From NCBI RefSeq assembly GCF_006345805.1, contig NC_043015.1, forward strand, positions 51,584,001 through 51,648,000: a stretch of 64,000 nt of DNA, in the 5' to 3' direction. Position numbers and translations under genes: made by a program. Positions within the stretch are counted from its first letter, which is position 1; each line of letters begins with the position of its first letter. Below, in pieces: positions 51,880 through 64,000 of the stretch. The notes below the pieces were generated by a model. That model worked only from the letters and a program-made list of their open reading frames with translations. It ran no database searches and was not told where the DNA came from. This DNA comes from Octopus sinensis (Eukaryota).

Positions 51880-52549
51880 TATATATAAGGGCTTAGTAAA
51901 ATAAATTACTTTGCCACATACTGAACTCATTAGAAATAGCAGCTAAAGAAATTTCTTCAGCTATTTCCAATACTTAAAGAAGATCTCTCTCAGATAGTGT
52001 TTGCCTAAACCAACTCACAAAGGTATGGGGGAAAAAACATTAAAAAATCAAGTGCAAAGGTTATTTGAGAACGTACGTTTCTAGATTAGTCAATTCGACA
52101 TTTCTTTCGTCAGCTCAGAATTCCTTGAATCGGATTTGGGAACACTGAAAGTTGGGAGCATACCCTTTCGACTTCTTATCACCTCTAGAATTCTGCTCGA
52201 ACTAAAAGTGCTATCAAATTCGAATATGCAAGCGAAGAATTTCTGCTCTCCCCTCTTCCACCACCAGCGTGGGTTAAAATTGACAAACACCATGTATTAA
52301 CGGTGAAAACCGCAGCATTTAACAGAGAGAGATGAATTATAATTTCAACAATTGAGGGTAAAATTAATTAATTATTAATCAATTTCACCAAGTATTCAGT
52401 ATGTAAAGGGACCATTTTAGGCGAATTCAAAATATTACATTATATATAAGGGCTTAGTAAAATAAATTACTTTGCCACATACTGAACTCATTAGAAATAG
52501 CAGCTAAAGAAATTTCTTCAGCTATTTCCAATACTTAAAGAAGATCTCT
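51880..52549. mobile_element. Element with ~107-bp identical terminal direct repeats (pLTR/TRIM-like)
   Basis: taagggcttagtaaaataaattac...aagaagatctctc at about 51885-51988 and 52447-52549; fragment also at about 38100-38127. Confidence 0.65.
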
Positions 52550-53499
52550 CACGACGGGTTCTTCCGTCTCCGTCTACCAAATCCATTCACAAGGCTTTAT
52601 TTGACCTGAGATTATAACCTATTAGCCACGCAGTAGGACTGAACACGGAACCATGTGATTTTTGAGAAGCAAGTTTCTTACCATACAGCCACGCATACAC
52701 ATATTATTTTATCGACCTCGAAGGCACGAATGGCAAAGTCGAAATCGACAACACTTGAACTCAGGGTTCTTTGCGGTTCACGTCACAATTACCTTTAAAA
52801 ATAATTTTTAATGCATCATGTAGATGTAATTCTTGACAGATTTGTTATTCCTCTTTTCCAGAAAAATTTTGCAAAAATGTTACGGGTGTTCAAAGTTTGA
52901 TAATTTTCAGAATTTTCAGCCAATCAGAAAACAGCGTGTTCGCTGCATCACCCATCATCAGGGTGTGAAGCTTCGGCCTGTCAAAACATTAGACTAGCTA
53001 CAGTAAACAAACCAACAGCATTTGCTAGAAATAACAGTGAAAACATTAAAATATGCGCGAGCAAAGTTAACACTAAAGCATTCGCGAGCAAATTAAATAT
53101 TTAAAGCTACGAACAAACCAACAGGAGTTGCTAGAAATAACAGTAAAAATATTGTTTAAAACAGACATTTATTTGTTTAAAAAAATTCAAGAACGAAAGT
53201 TTGCAATACACTCTGGGGTTTTATGAAATAAAACATCTTTCTCATATCTTGTTCTCCACATAAATTCACAAAAATAAGTCAACCACGAAACGCTGCGACC
53301 CACACCAGCGTTTGCTTTCTTCACTCCTTGTCCGCATGCGCAGCAACTTTGGTTACAATGGAAACAGTGTGTAAAATACTCGCTTTTGGTTACTTTGGAA
53401 ACAGAGTATAAAATACTCGCTTTAGGTTACTATGGAAACATACGTGTAAAATACTCGCTTCTGATTCGCTAAAATACCAAAAGTTTGCAAATTTTAAAG

Positions 53500-53752
53500 G
53501 CTCTTTTACTCTTTTACTCTTTTAATTGTTTTAGTCATGTGACTGTGGCCATGCTGGATCATTGCCTTTAGTCGAGCAAAATGACCCCAGGATTTATTCG
53601 TTGTAAGCCTAGTACTTATTCTATCGGTCTCTTTTGCCGAACCACTAAGTTACGGGAACGTAAACACACCAGCATCGTTTGCCAAGCAATGTTGGGGAGA
53701 AAAATACAGACACAAGTATATACACACACACACGCACACACACACACACACA

Positions 53753-53803
<51 letters not shown>

Positions 53804-53940
53804 CATATATACGACGGGCTTCTTTCAGTTTCCTTCTACCAAATCCACTCACAAGGCTTTGGTCGGCCCAAGGCTATAGTAGAAGACACTTACCCAAGTG
53901 GGACTGAACCCGGAACCATGTGGTTCGTAAGCAAGCTACT
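53500..53940 (-). mobile_element. SINE-A, near full length
   Basis: Reverse-oriented family structure. Confidence 0.88.
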
Positions 53941-54419
53941 TAAATAACTTTTTAATTATGGATTTATAGGGAAAATGAATTTCATTTTCATAATTAGTAT
54001 ACGAAACTTAATCCATATACCAAATTTGAAAACAACTGGAAGAAAATTGTAAACTGTGACAAAACCCAGAAAGATCCGAACTCAGAACGTAAATACGGGC
54101 GAAGTGCCGCTAAGCATTTTATCCGGCGTGTTAACGATTCTGTCAGCTCACCGCTTAAAAAGAATCAGACGATGAGGCAACGAAATTTTGGTAATCAGAG
54201 CAGGAATGTAATTAAGGATGTTGGAATAATTAAAAATGGAGAATCTAGGAGGAGAGTTAATGAGTTAGATGGAATAAACGTTGATTTGAAATTCTTGAGA
54301 TTGTGTAAACACATTTTAAGGAGGAATAAATAAATGGTGGGAACCAGTCTTGGAGAAACTCAACAGCAGGAACAGCAATGAAGAATTTCTGGAAGGTAGA
54401 ACGGTTCTTGTTATAGTGC

Positions 54420-54860
54420 TTTTTGTTGCTATTGTTGCTGTTGTTGTAGTTGGTGGTGGCGGCGGTGGCGGTGGTGGTGATAGTGGTGGTGGTGATGGGT
54501 GGATTTTGGTGGTTATGATGGTGGTAGTAGTCGAGGTGATGTTGGTTGTGGTGGTTTTCGTAGTTGTTGTAGTGGTGGTGGTGGTTGTGGTAGAGGGCGG
54601 TAATGGTGGTGGTGATGTTTGGTGGTGGTAGTCGAGGTCATGGTTGTGGTGTTGATGGTGTTAACGGTTGTGATGGTGGTGGTGGTGATGGTGATAGTGA
54701 TGGTACTAGAGGCAGTGGTCGCAGTAATGGTGGTTGTGGTGGTGGTAATGGTTGTTGTTGTATTTGTTGTTGTTATTGTTGTTGTTATTGTTGTGATGGT
54801 GGTTGTTGTAGTTATTTGGTGGTTGTGTTTATGTGGACAATAATAGTGATCATAATGATG
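54420..54860. repeat. (GGT)n/(GTT)n compound repeat
   Basis: Direct observation. Confidence 0.9.
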
Positions 54861-55399
54861 GTGGTGATAGTGTTGACAGTGGCACTGCTGCTGCCGCTGC
54901 TACTGCTGCTACAGCCTCAGCTGGTGGTGAGTGGATGTTTAGTCCCAGGTCAGCGCGGCAACGGGTTCAAATCCAGGTCAACGCTAGCGACGAGTTCAAA
55001 TCGGAAACCACGTCTTTGAGAAGTGAACAGTCTTCATGGTACGATCACATAAAAAGGAGAAGTAGACACGACTAACAGAGCAAAACTAATAAGAAATTCC
55101 AGACGAGAAACGGTAATTTCACAGACCAACTGGAAAATACCATGATTTACAGGAATTCCACAGCACCGGATGCAGCGATTCCTTCTCCTCCATTACCATT
55201 CCGAACAGAAATGCCTAACGGTTGCTTTCAAAAACATCAATCACGGAACTCAGACACGAAATTAGTTCGTTAAAGAAGAAGCACATACGTTATCATCAAA
55301 CGAACTAAAAGATAACAAAATTTCACAGCTACATACCGTTAAGAGGCTGCTTTGGATATGGTTATTTTGATCAATGTATGCTCGCGATAGGTATGGTGT

Positions 55400-55516
55400 G
55401 CTGGTGTGTGTGTGTGTGTGTGCGTGTGTGTGTGTGTGCAGATAATAGATAGATAGATAAATAGATAGACAGATAGATACATAGACAGACAGGCTGACAG
55501 ATAGATAGATAGACAA

Positions 55517-55549
<33 letters not shown>

Positions 55550-55680
55550 TAGATAGAGAGAAAGAGAGGGAGAGAGAGACAGATAAATTGAAAGATAACT
55601 AGACAGACAAAAAAACAGACAGACAGAGAGACAGATAGACAGAAAGACATACAGAGAGAGAAAGAAAGACAGACAGACAG
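55400..55680. repeat. (TG)n/(AGAT)n/(AGAC)n repeats
   Basis: Direct observation. Confidence 0.9.
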
Positions 55681-55694
55681 GAAGAGATAGGACA

Positions 55695-55753
55695 TGGCGT
55701 AGTGGTTAAGAGCGCGGGCTACAAACCCCAAGATTCCGAGTTCGATTCCAGGC

Positions 55754-55820
<67 letters not shown>

Positions 55821-55973
55821 TAATAACATCGAAAAATACCTTAGGAATGAGAACCCAGGTTCGAAATTTCCCCCAAGATACCTAATGAAGGCTGGAGGGT
55901 ATATCAGCCGAAACGTGTTCACAACAAATAAGATGAAGACAAATATCCGTCAAATGTAAATAATGTAAATAAT
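55695..55973 (+). mobile_element. Chimeric retroposon: tRNA head + (AAT)n + Penelope-like hammerhead tail, 14-bp TSD
   Basis: A/B boxes tggcgtagtggtt / gagttcgattcc; CTAATGA-a-GGCTG...CAGCC-GAAAC; gaagagataggaca / gaagtgataggaca flanks. Confidence 0.7.
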
Positions 55974-56280
55974 GAAGTGATAGGACAGTTATATAAATAG
56001 ACAGACATACACACACACACGCACACATATCAGTGCTCCAGCACGGCCGCAGTCAAAATGACTGAAACAAATGAAAGAGAATAGAATAATAAAAAGCAAG
56101 TTCCTGGTACAATATAATATATATTTGAAAAAATGAGTAGAAATGGCTTTTGGCGGCGGCGGGGGGATAATTTTATTTTTAATCTTTATAACGTTTATTA
56201 AGATTAAATTATAAATTATCCCCTCAGCCGCCAAAAGCCATCTCTACTCATATATATATTTATACCTACACCTTCTATAC

Positions 56281-56328
<48 letters not shown>

Positions 56329-56338
56329 ATATGTATAT

Positions 56339-56395
<57 letters not shown>

Positions 56396-56539
56396 CTGTG
56401 TGTGCGTGCGTGTGTGTATGCGAGTGTATGTGTGCGTGTGTTTATGGAGGCGTTTGTGTGTGCATGTGCGCGTGTGTCTGTGTGTACGACAAGTAATAAG
56501 ATAGATATTCATTGATAAATAGATTAATATAGATACAGT

Positions 56540-56587
<48 letters not shown>

Positions 56588-57199
56588 ATATATATATACA
56601 CGAGCAACCCCCCCGTCCAATGGACGGTGCTGAGTTGTCAAGCATTGAACCAAATTTTCTCAAAGCAACTTGTCCGACCGTCCCATAGGTTTCCCCTTTG
56701 AGAAACACTGATTTAACCTAAATTTGAGACACCAGTAAAAGAAGAAATAAAGATAAACTTTTTTCTATTCCAAAGAAAAACGATTTTATTCACACAATTA
56801 TGCAAGCGAAGAGTTTAAAGTACCAGTATTGATAAGGCTGTTGGCTGGGAGAACACAAATATGGTTTAAAAAGTAAGCTTGGCAGGAAAAAGCGTGCCTT
56901 TAAGCAGTACAAAAACAACAAAAAATGGAAGGTGCAGTTATGTACAGGTTGACAAAATTCATGCCACATCAACTGCCGTCCGTGTAACCAGGGGTCGCGA
57001 CTCCTAGAAAGGGATCAGTCTGAAACTGAAAATGTGATATTGAAACAACTTCGTCAAATATTACAATATTCGGTGCGGTCACCGAGGCAAGGTAAATCAA
57101 TCCCTTATTCCTAACCCTCTTGATCCGCCACTGCCTAATACCACTAAGCCAAAATGAATTAAAGAAGTGTTTCAAGCTATCTAACGTTGCTTGGAAAAT

Positions 57200-59432
57200 A
57201 AACGATGACAAGTCGTACTGAACGCTACCTCAAGATCTGGAGAAACAGAAACAAAGTTTATTGTAAGTAGTCAGACTCCAATAAGCTAACAAATATAAGA
57301 AGGGATATAATGGCAAATAAATATTTAATCCTTTAGCATTTAAACTAGACGTATCCGTCCCAAATATTCTACCTGTTCTAAGTTCAAACCGATGAGATCA
57401 AGTCCCTCACGCCTACATTTCAATTTCGTTCTAAAAGTAAACAATTATGTCATTGAAACCTCGAAGCTACAAGATTAAAGAAGATTAATTCAAAACGGTG
57501 AATAGATAAGCATTATGCGTGACGGAGTTTCAAACAGTTAAAGACGCAGAACTAAACGAAAAACATGTTTGCGAAGGTGGGCTAGGTATGAGTACGGTGT
57601 ATGTATGATGAAGAAGACTGATATATGAATATAGTGTATGATGAAAACCGAGGTATGAATACAGCATGTGATGAAGAAAAAAAGCTAGGCATGAATATAT
57701 GCTGGAGTAGCTGATGGAAGAGAATTCCAAATTATTGATTCAGGTTTTCAGAAAGAGAAGATAGAGGAACAGATTGAAAACACGAGAAATGATATCGGAA
57801 ATCAAAATGACAAAGAAGCATTAGATGAAGGGAATACCAATGAGTTTGAATAAGTTTCAAGAGAAGAGTGCTGAAGACATCGAAAATATACAGAAAGGAA
57901 TTTTTAAATGAAGTTGCCAAAATAAGCTACATAAACATGTCAGAAAGAGAACCGTGAATACAACAACAACAAACATGAAATTGTTGAGGATGGAAAAGAC
58001 TGCAATCAAAGATCTTCTCAACACAATTAAGCCTAATTCGTCTGAACCCAATCAATTGATGTATGCCTCAGCCAAAGCAAATTGAATCAAAATATTCCGT
58101 CAATAAACGGTATACTGGCCTGTGCAACACAGAAAACCGAACTGGAGAAAAAGGTAAAAAAGAAAATGGAACTAAGGAGAGGAGAAATATCGATCTTAAA
58201 GAAACTTGGCATGATGAAGGATGAGAGAAGAAAGTTAGGAAATTAAAAAAAAAAAATATGGGCAAAAAAGATAGATGGTATGCTACCAATCAAAGAGCCA
58301 GAGATAGGATAAGCCAAAACTTAAAGTGTAAAAGGTAGCATAAATGAAGCTAATTTTACAGGCAAAACAAACTTTGCATTTTACCGAGAGATAAGAAGAG
58401 AGTCGTGGGTAGTTGATAAAATACCAACAATTGAATAAGCTCAGTAATTCTGGAGTAGGATTTTGAGTAACCAAGAATAAGCCTCAATGATGATGCTAAA
58501 GGAATAAACAACATACAGAAGGCAAATAGTGAAGTACTAGAATAAGAATGGCAAAATACAATTCGTAAAGAATTTAAAGAAGCTCTCAGAAAAAACAAAA
58601 ACACACACACAAAAAAAAGGGAAACAGCGGGTATAAAGTTCCAAAAGTTTTGGTAATCCATGCTATTATCTCTCCCCGAAATACTAAAAAAAACTTCTAA
58701 ACGAAATTATTGAGAACCAACTAAAATACCGGAATGTTTATGCAAAGGGCAACCTACATACCACCGAAATCAAGAAACATAACAACCAAAGCAACGAAAG
58801 AGACAGAAAGAGATTACAAACCTCTTACATGCCTGTCAACTTCCTATAAAGTCTTTTTGATCAATATTGCTTGAATGAATAGATTTTCATAAGGAAGAAA
58901 ACAGCTTCCCACTTGAATAAAATGTTTCTTTCCGTGGTTTATTCGCATGTATAAACTAACTCCTAATTAACTGTAAAATACGAGAAAACTGCCGCTCAAA
59001 ACCGGACTTAAAGCTGCTCGTGGATTGAATATGAAAAGGCGTTTGAGAGTGTTTCTCACTAAAAGCTTTGTAAGAGCACAAAATATCATTCATGCTAATA
59101 AATTTCTTAAAGCACAGCTTGATCTCGAAGAACACAACTCTAATTTTTTTCTGACTCAAATATTACGATGAGATCCAGCAATAAGAACCTTACTTGTGGC
59201 ATTATCCAAGGAGACTCTCTTTCACAGCAACTCTTTCGTCTCTTCTTAATTGCCTTATCAGAATTAAGCAACGCTTATTTTGGTTATAAGATCAAGGACA
59301 GGAAAATCACACTTTATTTACGATATGAACGATTTAAAACGGTGAGGAGAGTGAAGGAGCGGAAGGAAATTTGAAAACAGTCAACAGTTTCCCTGATGAC
59401 TTAAGTATGGAGTTTGGAGTTTCGTACACATA
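57200..59432 (+). mobile_element. Heavily decayed R4/Dong-clade LINE; RT region 58620-59432
   Basis: WIEYEKAFESVSH, GIIQGDSLS, and decayed YMDD and MEFG motifs across frames; upstream boundary uncertain. Confidence 0.75.
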
Positions 59433-59622
59433 AGCGTATGTATGTTTCCTATAACATACATATATGTGTATGTGTCTCAATGTGTACACATACACACACA
59501 CACAGAGAATATATACATGTACAAATATGTATATACATATACATACATACATACATATATATGTGCATATGCACAGTTAGATAGATAGAGAGATAAATAG
59601 ATAGATGGATGAATAGATAAAC

Positions 59623-59661
<39 letters not shown>

Positions 59662-59809
59662 GATAGACAGATATTCGTTGCACATTTCCGCTTTGTAACT
59701 AAACGCTAACGACAAACTCATTCAATGAAAAATATAATATTTTAATAAAATTGAGTTATAGTTTCATAATGGAACTCAGATACTAAATATGTAAATAGAG
59801 AATATATTA

Positions 59810-60510
59810 TTTAAGAGGCGTAGATGTGCAAGAAAGCTGCTTCCTAACCATTTGGATCTGGTTTCAATCCCGTCGTGTGGCACCTTGGACTAGTGCTTTC
59901 CGAGAAATCCTCGGATCAACTAAATCATTGTGAATGAACTTGGTAATCAGGAACTAAAAGAAACCCGTGACATTTATATATTCTTTATTCTTTTCTTCTT
60001 TTACTTGATTCGGTCATTTGACTGCGGCCCTGCTGGAGCACAGTCTTCAAGGGATTTTAGTCCAACAAATCGACCCCAGGACTTATTCTTTGTAAACCTG
60101 GAACTTATTCTATCAGTCACTTTCGCTGAGCCGCAAGCTCACGGGGACCTAACACACACCAGCATCGGTTGTCAAGCGATAGTGGGGAGACAAACACACA
60201 CACACACACACATATATATATGCGATGGGCTTCTTTCTGTTTCCGTCTACCAAATCCACTCAGAAGAGTTTTGCCTGCGTTAAACATTCATCATCGTAAC
60301 CGATAGGATGTCCGTTCACAGCCACTGTCTCCTGTCATCGCTTGACTACAAGTGTATAGTAATGTCTCCGTAACTTAGCAGTTCGGCAAAAGCTTCCCGA
60401 TTGAATATGCGCCATGCTATAAAAAAGCACTGAAGTCGATTCGTTCGATTAAAATTCTTCGAAGCGGTGCTTCAGCATGGGCGCAGTCTAATGACTGATA
60501 CGTATAAAAT
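59810..60510. mobile_element. Cluster of degenerate SINE-A pieces in both orientations
   Basis: Head at 59810-59960 (+), body at 59985-60270 (-), tail at 60330-60510 (+). Confidence 0.7.
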
Positions 60511-60668
60511 ATGAAAAATAGACGCAAGAGCAAGTATCACGCTTGTTGTGTCCTTGAACAAAACATTTCCTTTAACGTGCCCCAACCTCTTCAGCTGTCA
60601 ATGGGTAACTCTATAATGGAAGGGCGTTCCGTCCAGAGATGATGTTTGTCTCGCGGAGCGGCATCATT

Positions 60669-60701
60669 CGTCTGACGAAGAGCTGCGCTCGAAACGTTAC
60701 C
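60669..60701 (+). ncRNA. Hammerhead motif with canonical core in a related Penelope-type fragment
   Basis: CTGACGA-a-GAGC(tgc)GCTC-GAAA-cgtt; stem I only 2 bp. Confidence 0.5.
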
Positions 60702-60814
60702 CCCGTATTCTGTTTTTTTCCCCATCTTAAACTTTCTCTGAGTGTCAATCTAATACATTTACCGTGTACGGCCTCCTGACCTCTGTTATACTTATTGTTA
60801 TTTTTGATTCCCCC

Positions 60815-61054
60815 TATTTACTCTTTTACTTGATTCAGTCATTTGACTGTAGCCATGCTGGAGCACCGCCTTTCGTCGAGCAAGTCGACCCCGGGACTAA
60901 TTCTTTGTAAGCCTAGTACTTATTCTATCGGTCTCTTTTGCCGAACCGCTAAGTTAGGGGGACGTAAACAAACCAGCATCGGTTGTCAAGCATTGTTGGG
61001 GGGACAAACACAGACACACAAACACACACACACATTCATACATACATGCATACA

Positions 61055-61100
<46 letters not shown>
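60815..61100 (-). mobile_element. SINE-A 3' half, interrupted by the assembly gap
   Basis: Tail and body in reverse orientation running into (TA)/(TATG) and then Ns. Confidence 0.85.
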
Positions 61101-61146
<46 letters not shown>

Positions 61147-61152
61147 TGTATG

Positions 61153-61252
61153 NNNNNNNNNNNNNNNNNNNNNNNNNNNNNNNNNNNNNNNNNNNNNNNN
61201 NNNNNNNNNNNNNNNNNNNNNNNNNNNNNNNNNNNNNNNNNNNNNNNNNNNN
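61153..61252. other. Assembly gap (100 N)
   Basis: Direct observation. Confidence 1.
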
Positions 61253-61479
61253 TGTCCTGCTTGTGTTACCTAATTTCAGCCTGCCGCAAAAGAGTTTTTT
61301 TAACAGGGAGCAACTGTTTTATCAAAAGCGTATAATGTTGCTAAATGCTCGAAATACGAGAGTAGAAAAACAGCCAACAACTGATGAAGGCTCGTTCTTT
61401 AAGTTGTTTGTCTTGTTTTTCCTTTGTGTCGTTCGTTGTTCGAAAAATATTTCATATTCCATATTACTCGTACTTCGTA

Positions 61480-61852
61480 TTTATATATATATATATATAT
61501 AATATATATATATATATATACATACATACAGACGTATAGATGTATGTTTGTACATATACGCATGTATATATGCATATATTACTATTTATATTATATATAT
61601 GTATATGTATGTATGTATGTGTATCTATATCATTGAAAACCTAGAGGAGATTTATTCGCGTCCAAATCTTTTTCTTCACCATATATATCATATATAACTC
61701 TAATATTACAGATGCACACACACACACACACACCTTAAACACACATATATACGTATAAATACACACATATATATATACATATATATATATACATATATAT
61801 ATATACATATATATATATATACATTCATATATTATATATATAATATTATAGA

Positions 61853-61897
<45 letters not shown>

Positions 61898-61941
61898 ATA
61901 TATACACATATATATATACATTCATATATATATATATATAT

Positions 61942-61980
<39 letters not shown>

Positions 61981-61995
61981 TCATATATATATATC
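61480..61995. repeat. (TA)n-rich field
   Basis: Direct observation. Confidence 0.9.
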
Positions 61996-62501
61996 AAAAA
62001 GAAAAAAACGGAAAAATTTACAAAGAACAAGTGCTAATTGTCGAATATTTATTTCTTTTTTACCTTAAACACCCCTAGCCGTCTTCTGTGCTACAGTAAG
62101 CAGCTGGTATGTTATTTATTCCTGTCTTAGAAATGGGTTTTATTTTCGAAGCAATTTGCAGATAAACCATATTTTATTCTGATTTCTTGGTGCCACTATG
62201 TTTTTAGATTGGACACATAGCAGATCTCTCCCCACATAACTAATTGGAAAATCTACAAAAGCGGGGGAAAATACTCATCTTATTGCTTTCTAAAAGTGTA
62301 TATTTACTTTGAACAATTAAGAAGTGAAATGGTTTAAATATAATTGTTTTTAGTAATGAAAACTGTATGTTCTGAACCAGCTTGCAAACAAAATAGGGGT
62401 TGAAACAATAATTTAGGGGCAGATTTTGTTGAAAATCACAGCGATCTTTGAGAAAAATCGTTTTGAATATAAACTTTTGTCACAAAAGACATTAACTGCA
62501 G

Positions 62502-62628
62502 ATGAAAAATAACTTGTTTTTAACAAAGGAACACAAAATGGAGAAAGCTGTAAATAGTTTTTGTAAAGATTTGGTGGAGGAATGCAGAAGAAACCATTTG
62601 ATTAGGAAAAGTGAAAGGCTACCAAATG
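62502..62628 (+). CDS. Weak candidate coding exon (MKNNLFLTKEHKMEKAVNSFCKDLVEECRRNHLIRKSERLPN)
   Basis: ctgcag|ATG acceptor (alternative aag| at 62528), open frame, AATG|gtattt donor; protein not recognised. Confidence 0.22.
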
Positions 62629-63334
62629 GTATTTAACCTAAAGTTTACATTTGTTTGTAGTTTTACCTGCTTCGACTTCCGTTAAAAATTCATTAATGCA
62701 TGTTACTCACTGTTTCTAAATTCTTATAATATAACTTATTAGAAATGTTTAACGAAATGACAAAATTGGTTGGTCAGAGAAAATGGCGTTATACAAAGTA
62801 CATGGATAGTTAGAATTCGATTCAGAGGTTGACATCTTTAGTCTTTAGTGTCTACTAAACAATTTGATTTGTGAGTGAAACAGCTAAATATATTCATTTA
62901 TGTTAACACCTCGTTAGTATAATTAGTGGTGACGATGCCAAGACCTAATGAACTTTTGCTCAAAAACAAAATTATATAAATATATGTTCTCCATTTTTCG
63001 TCTTTTTCTGTACCATGTTCTCCGTTCTTTTGTCTTTGTTGCAGTACAGATTCACTAGCTTTCTTACAAAGGGGTCTAATGCTCTTAGCTTAGACATTTG
63101 GGGGGATAACCAGATCGAACCGTCTCAAATGTAACTGCCCGAAGCTGTCGTGACTTCTAGGACTTGATAGAGGAAAGAAGGCTACGAATGACCCGACTTT
63201 TTTTCTGCCTGTCCTTCTAATTGTTGTTTCTGTTGTCCACCTTGTATCGTCTAACTGTCTGAACGTTTTATTGCACTCTATTGAGTTTTAGTTCCATATA
63301 TATATGTTATATATATATATATATTAATATATAT

Positions 63335-63394
<60 letters not shown>

Positions 63395-64000
63395 TATATA
63401 TATACATATACCACTGCTTAATATGAGCGGAGGCTATGCGAGCAGGAACTAAAGGAACATTGCTAAGATCCACACTCAAAGATCAAATACATACATATAT
63501 TCATATATTCATTTATATCTACAGAACGGATATAAAATTCGACATTCATAAATATAATAATATATATAAAGAGATAAAAATCATATAATATATATATAGA
63601 TATATAAGAATCAGTGTTACATACAAAACACAGTGAATTTACGCTTAAAGTTTTAAAACATTGGTATAATTAAAAATTTGGGATAATAAAACATAAAAAG
63701 GCATAATAAATGATGTATAAAAATTCCAGAAAAAAGACAGAAAAAAACAAAATTACAAAAATCACAAAATTATTCACTGTTTCGGAGACGGGCCAATTAA
63801 TATGATACATTTCATATATTCGAAACTGACACTCCCCTCATCAAGATGTTTTTTACACACAATACATTTCTGGGATCTTTTCATTTTTGAAGCCAGGACC
63901 ACAGATCTTTCTACTTAACTAAATAATCTGAAACTTCGTATGCTGATAGAGTCTAGCAAAACAAGACACAGGTTGGAACTAGTTTATTTGAGAAAAATCT

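Noticed and set aside
57080-57150. HDV-like ribozyme at the 5' end of the R4-type element
   Set aside because: A gcctaat J4/2-like motif is present but I could not build P1/P2/P3 pairings
58956-59159. Inverted RT segment suggested by the minus-strand ORF
   Set aside because: The real RT motif (WIEYEKAFESVSH) is on the plus strand, collinear with its neighbours

Overview
AT-rich, intron/intergenic-type animal DNA. It is probably a coleoid cephalopod such as Octopus; this is an inference from the tRNA-derived SINE types and the extreme microsatellite load. Most of the window is transposon relics and simple repeats, and nearly all ORFs in the supplied track are microsatellite or antisense artefacts. 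Supported content: three tRNA-headed SINE families (a long microsatellite-carrying family called SINE-A here, a Meta-domain-like family called SINE-M, and CORE-type SINEs); decayed LINEs (R4/Dong, CR1-group, RTE, CRE-like); a mariner; a second transposase fragment; a piggyBac-type MITE; a Helentron-type element; a solo-LTR-like insert; and one 100-N gap. Host-gene evidence is limited to a probable minus-strand first coding exon at about 2270-2292 and weaker exon candidates. The most notable items are: (1) a ~2.25 kb ORF1-only retroelement (RRM-like plus CCHC, HAL1-like) with an apparent 5'UTR intron, inserted in a SINE (40709-42950); (2) several TA-microsatellite-associated non-coding elements carrying minimal Penelope-type hammerhead ribozyme motifs; (3) a TSD-flanked tRNA-head/hammerhead-tail chimera (55695-55973); (4) GGG...CCC MITEs with 6-bp TSDs and internal telomere-like repeats, one nested in a relative; (5) a SINE-derived 195-bp tandem array with A/B higher-order structure (49734-51290). 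Coordinates for degenerate repeats are approximate and no database searches were run.
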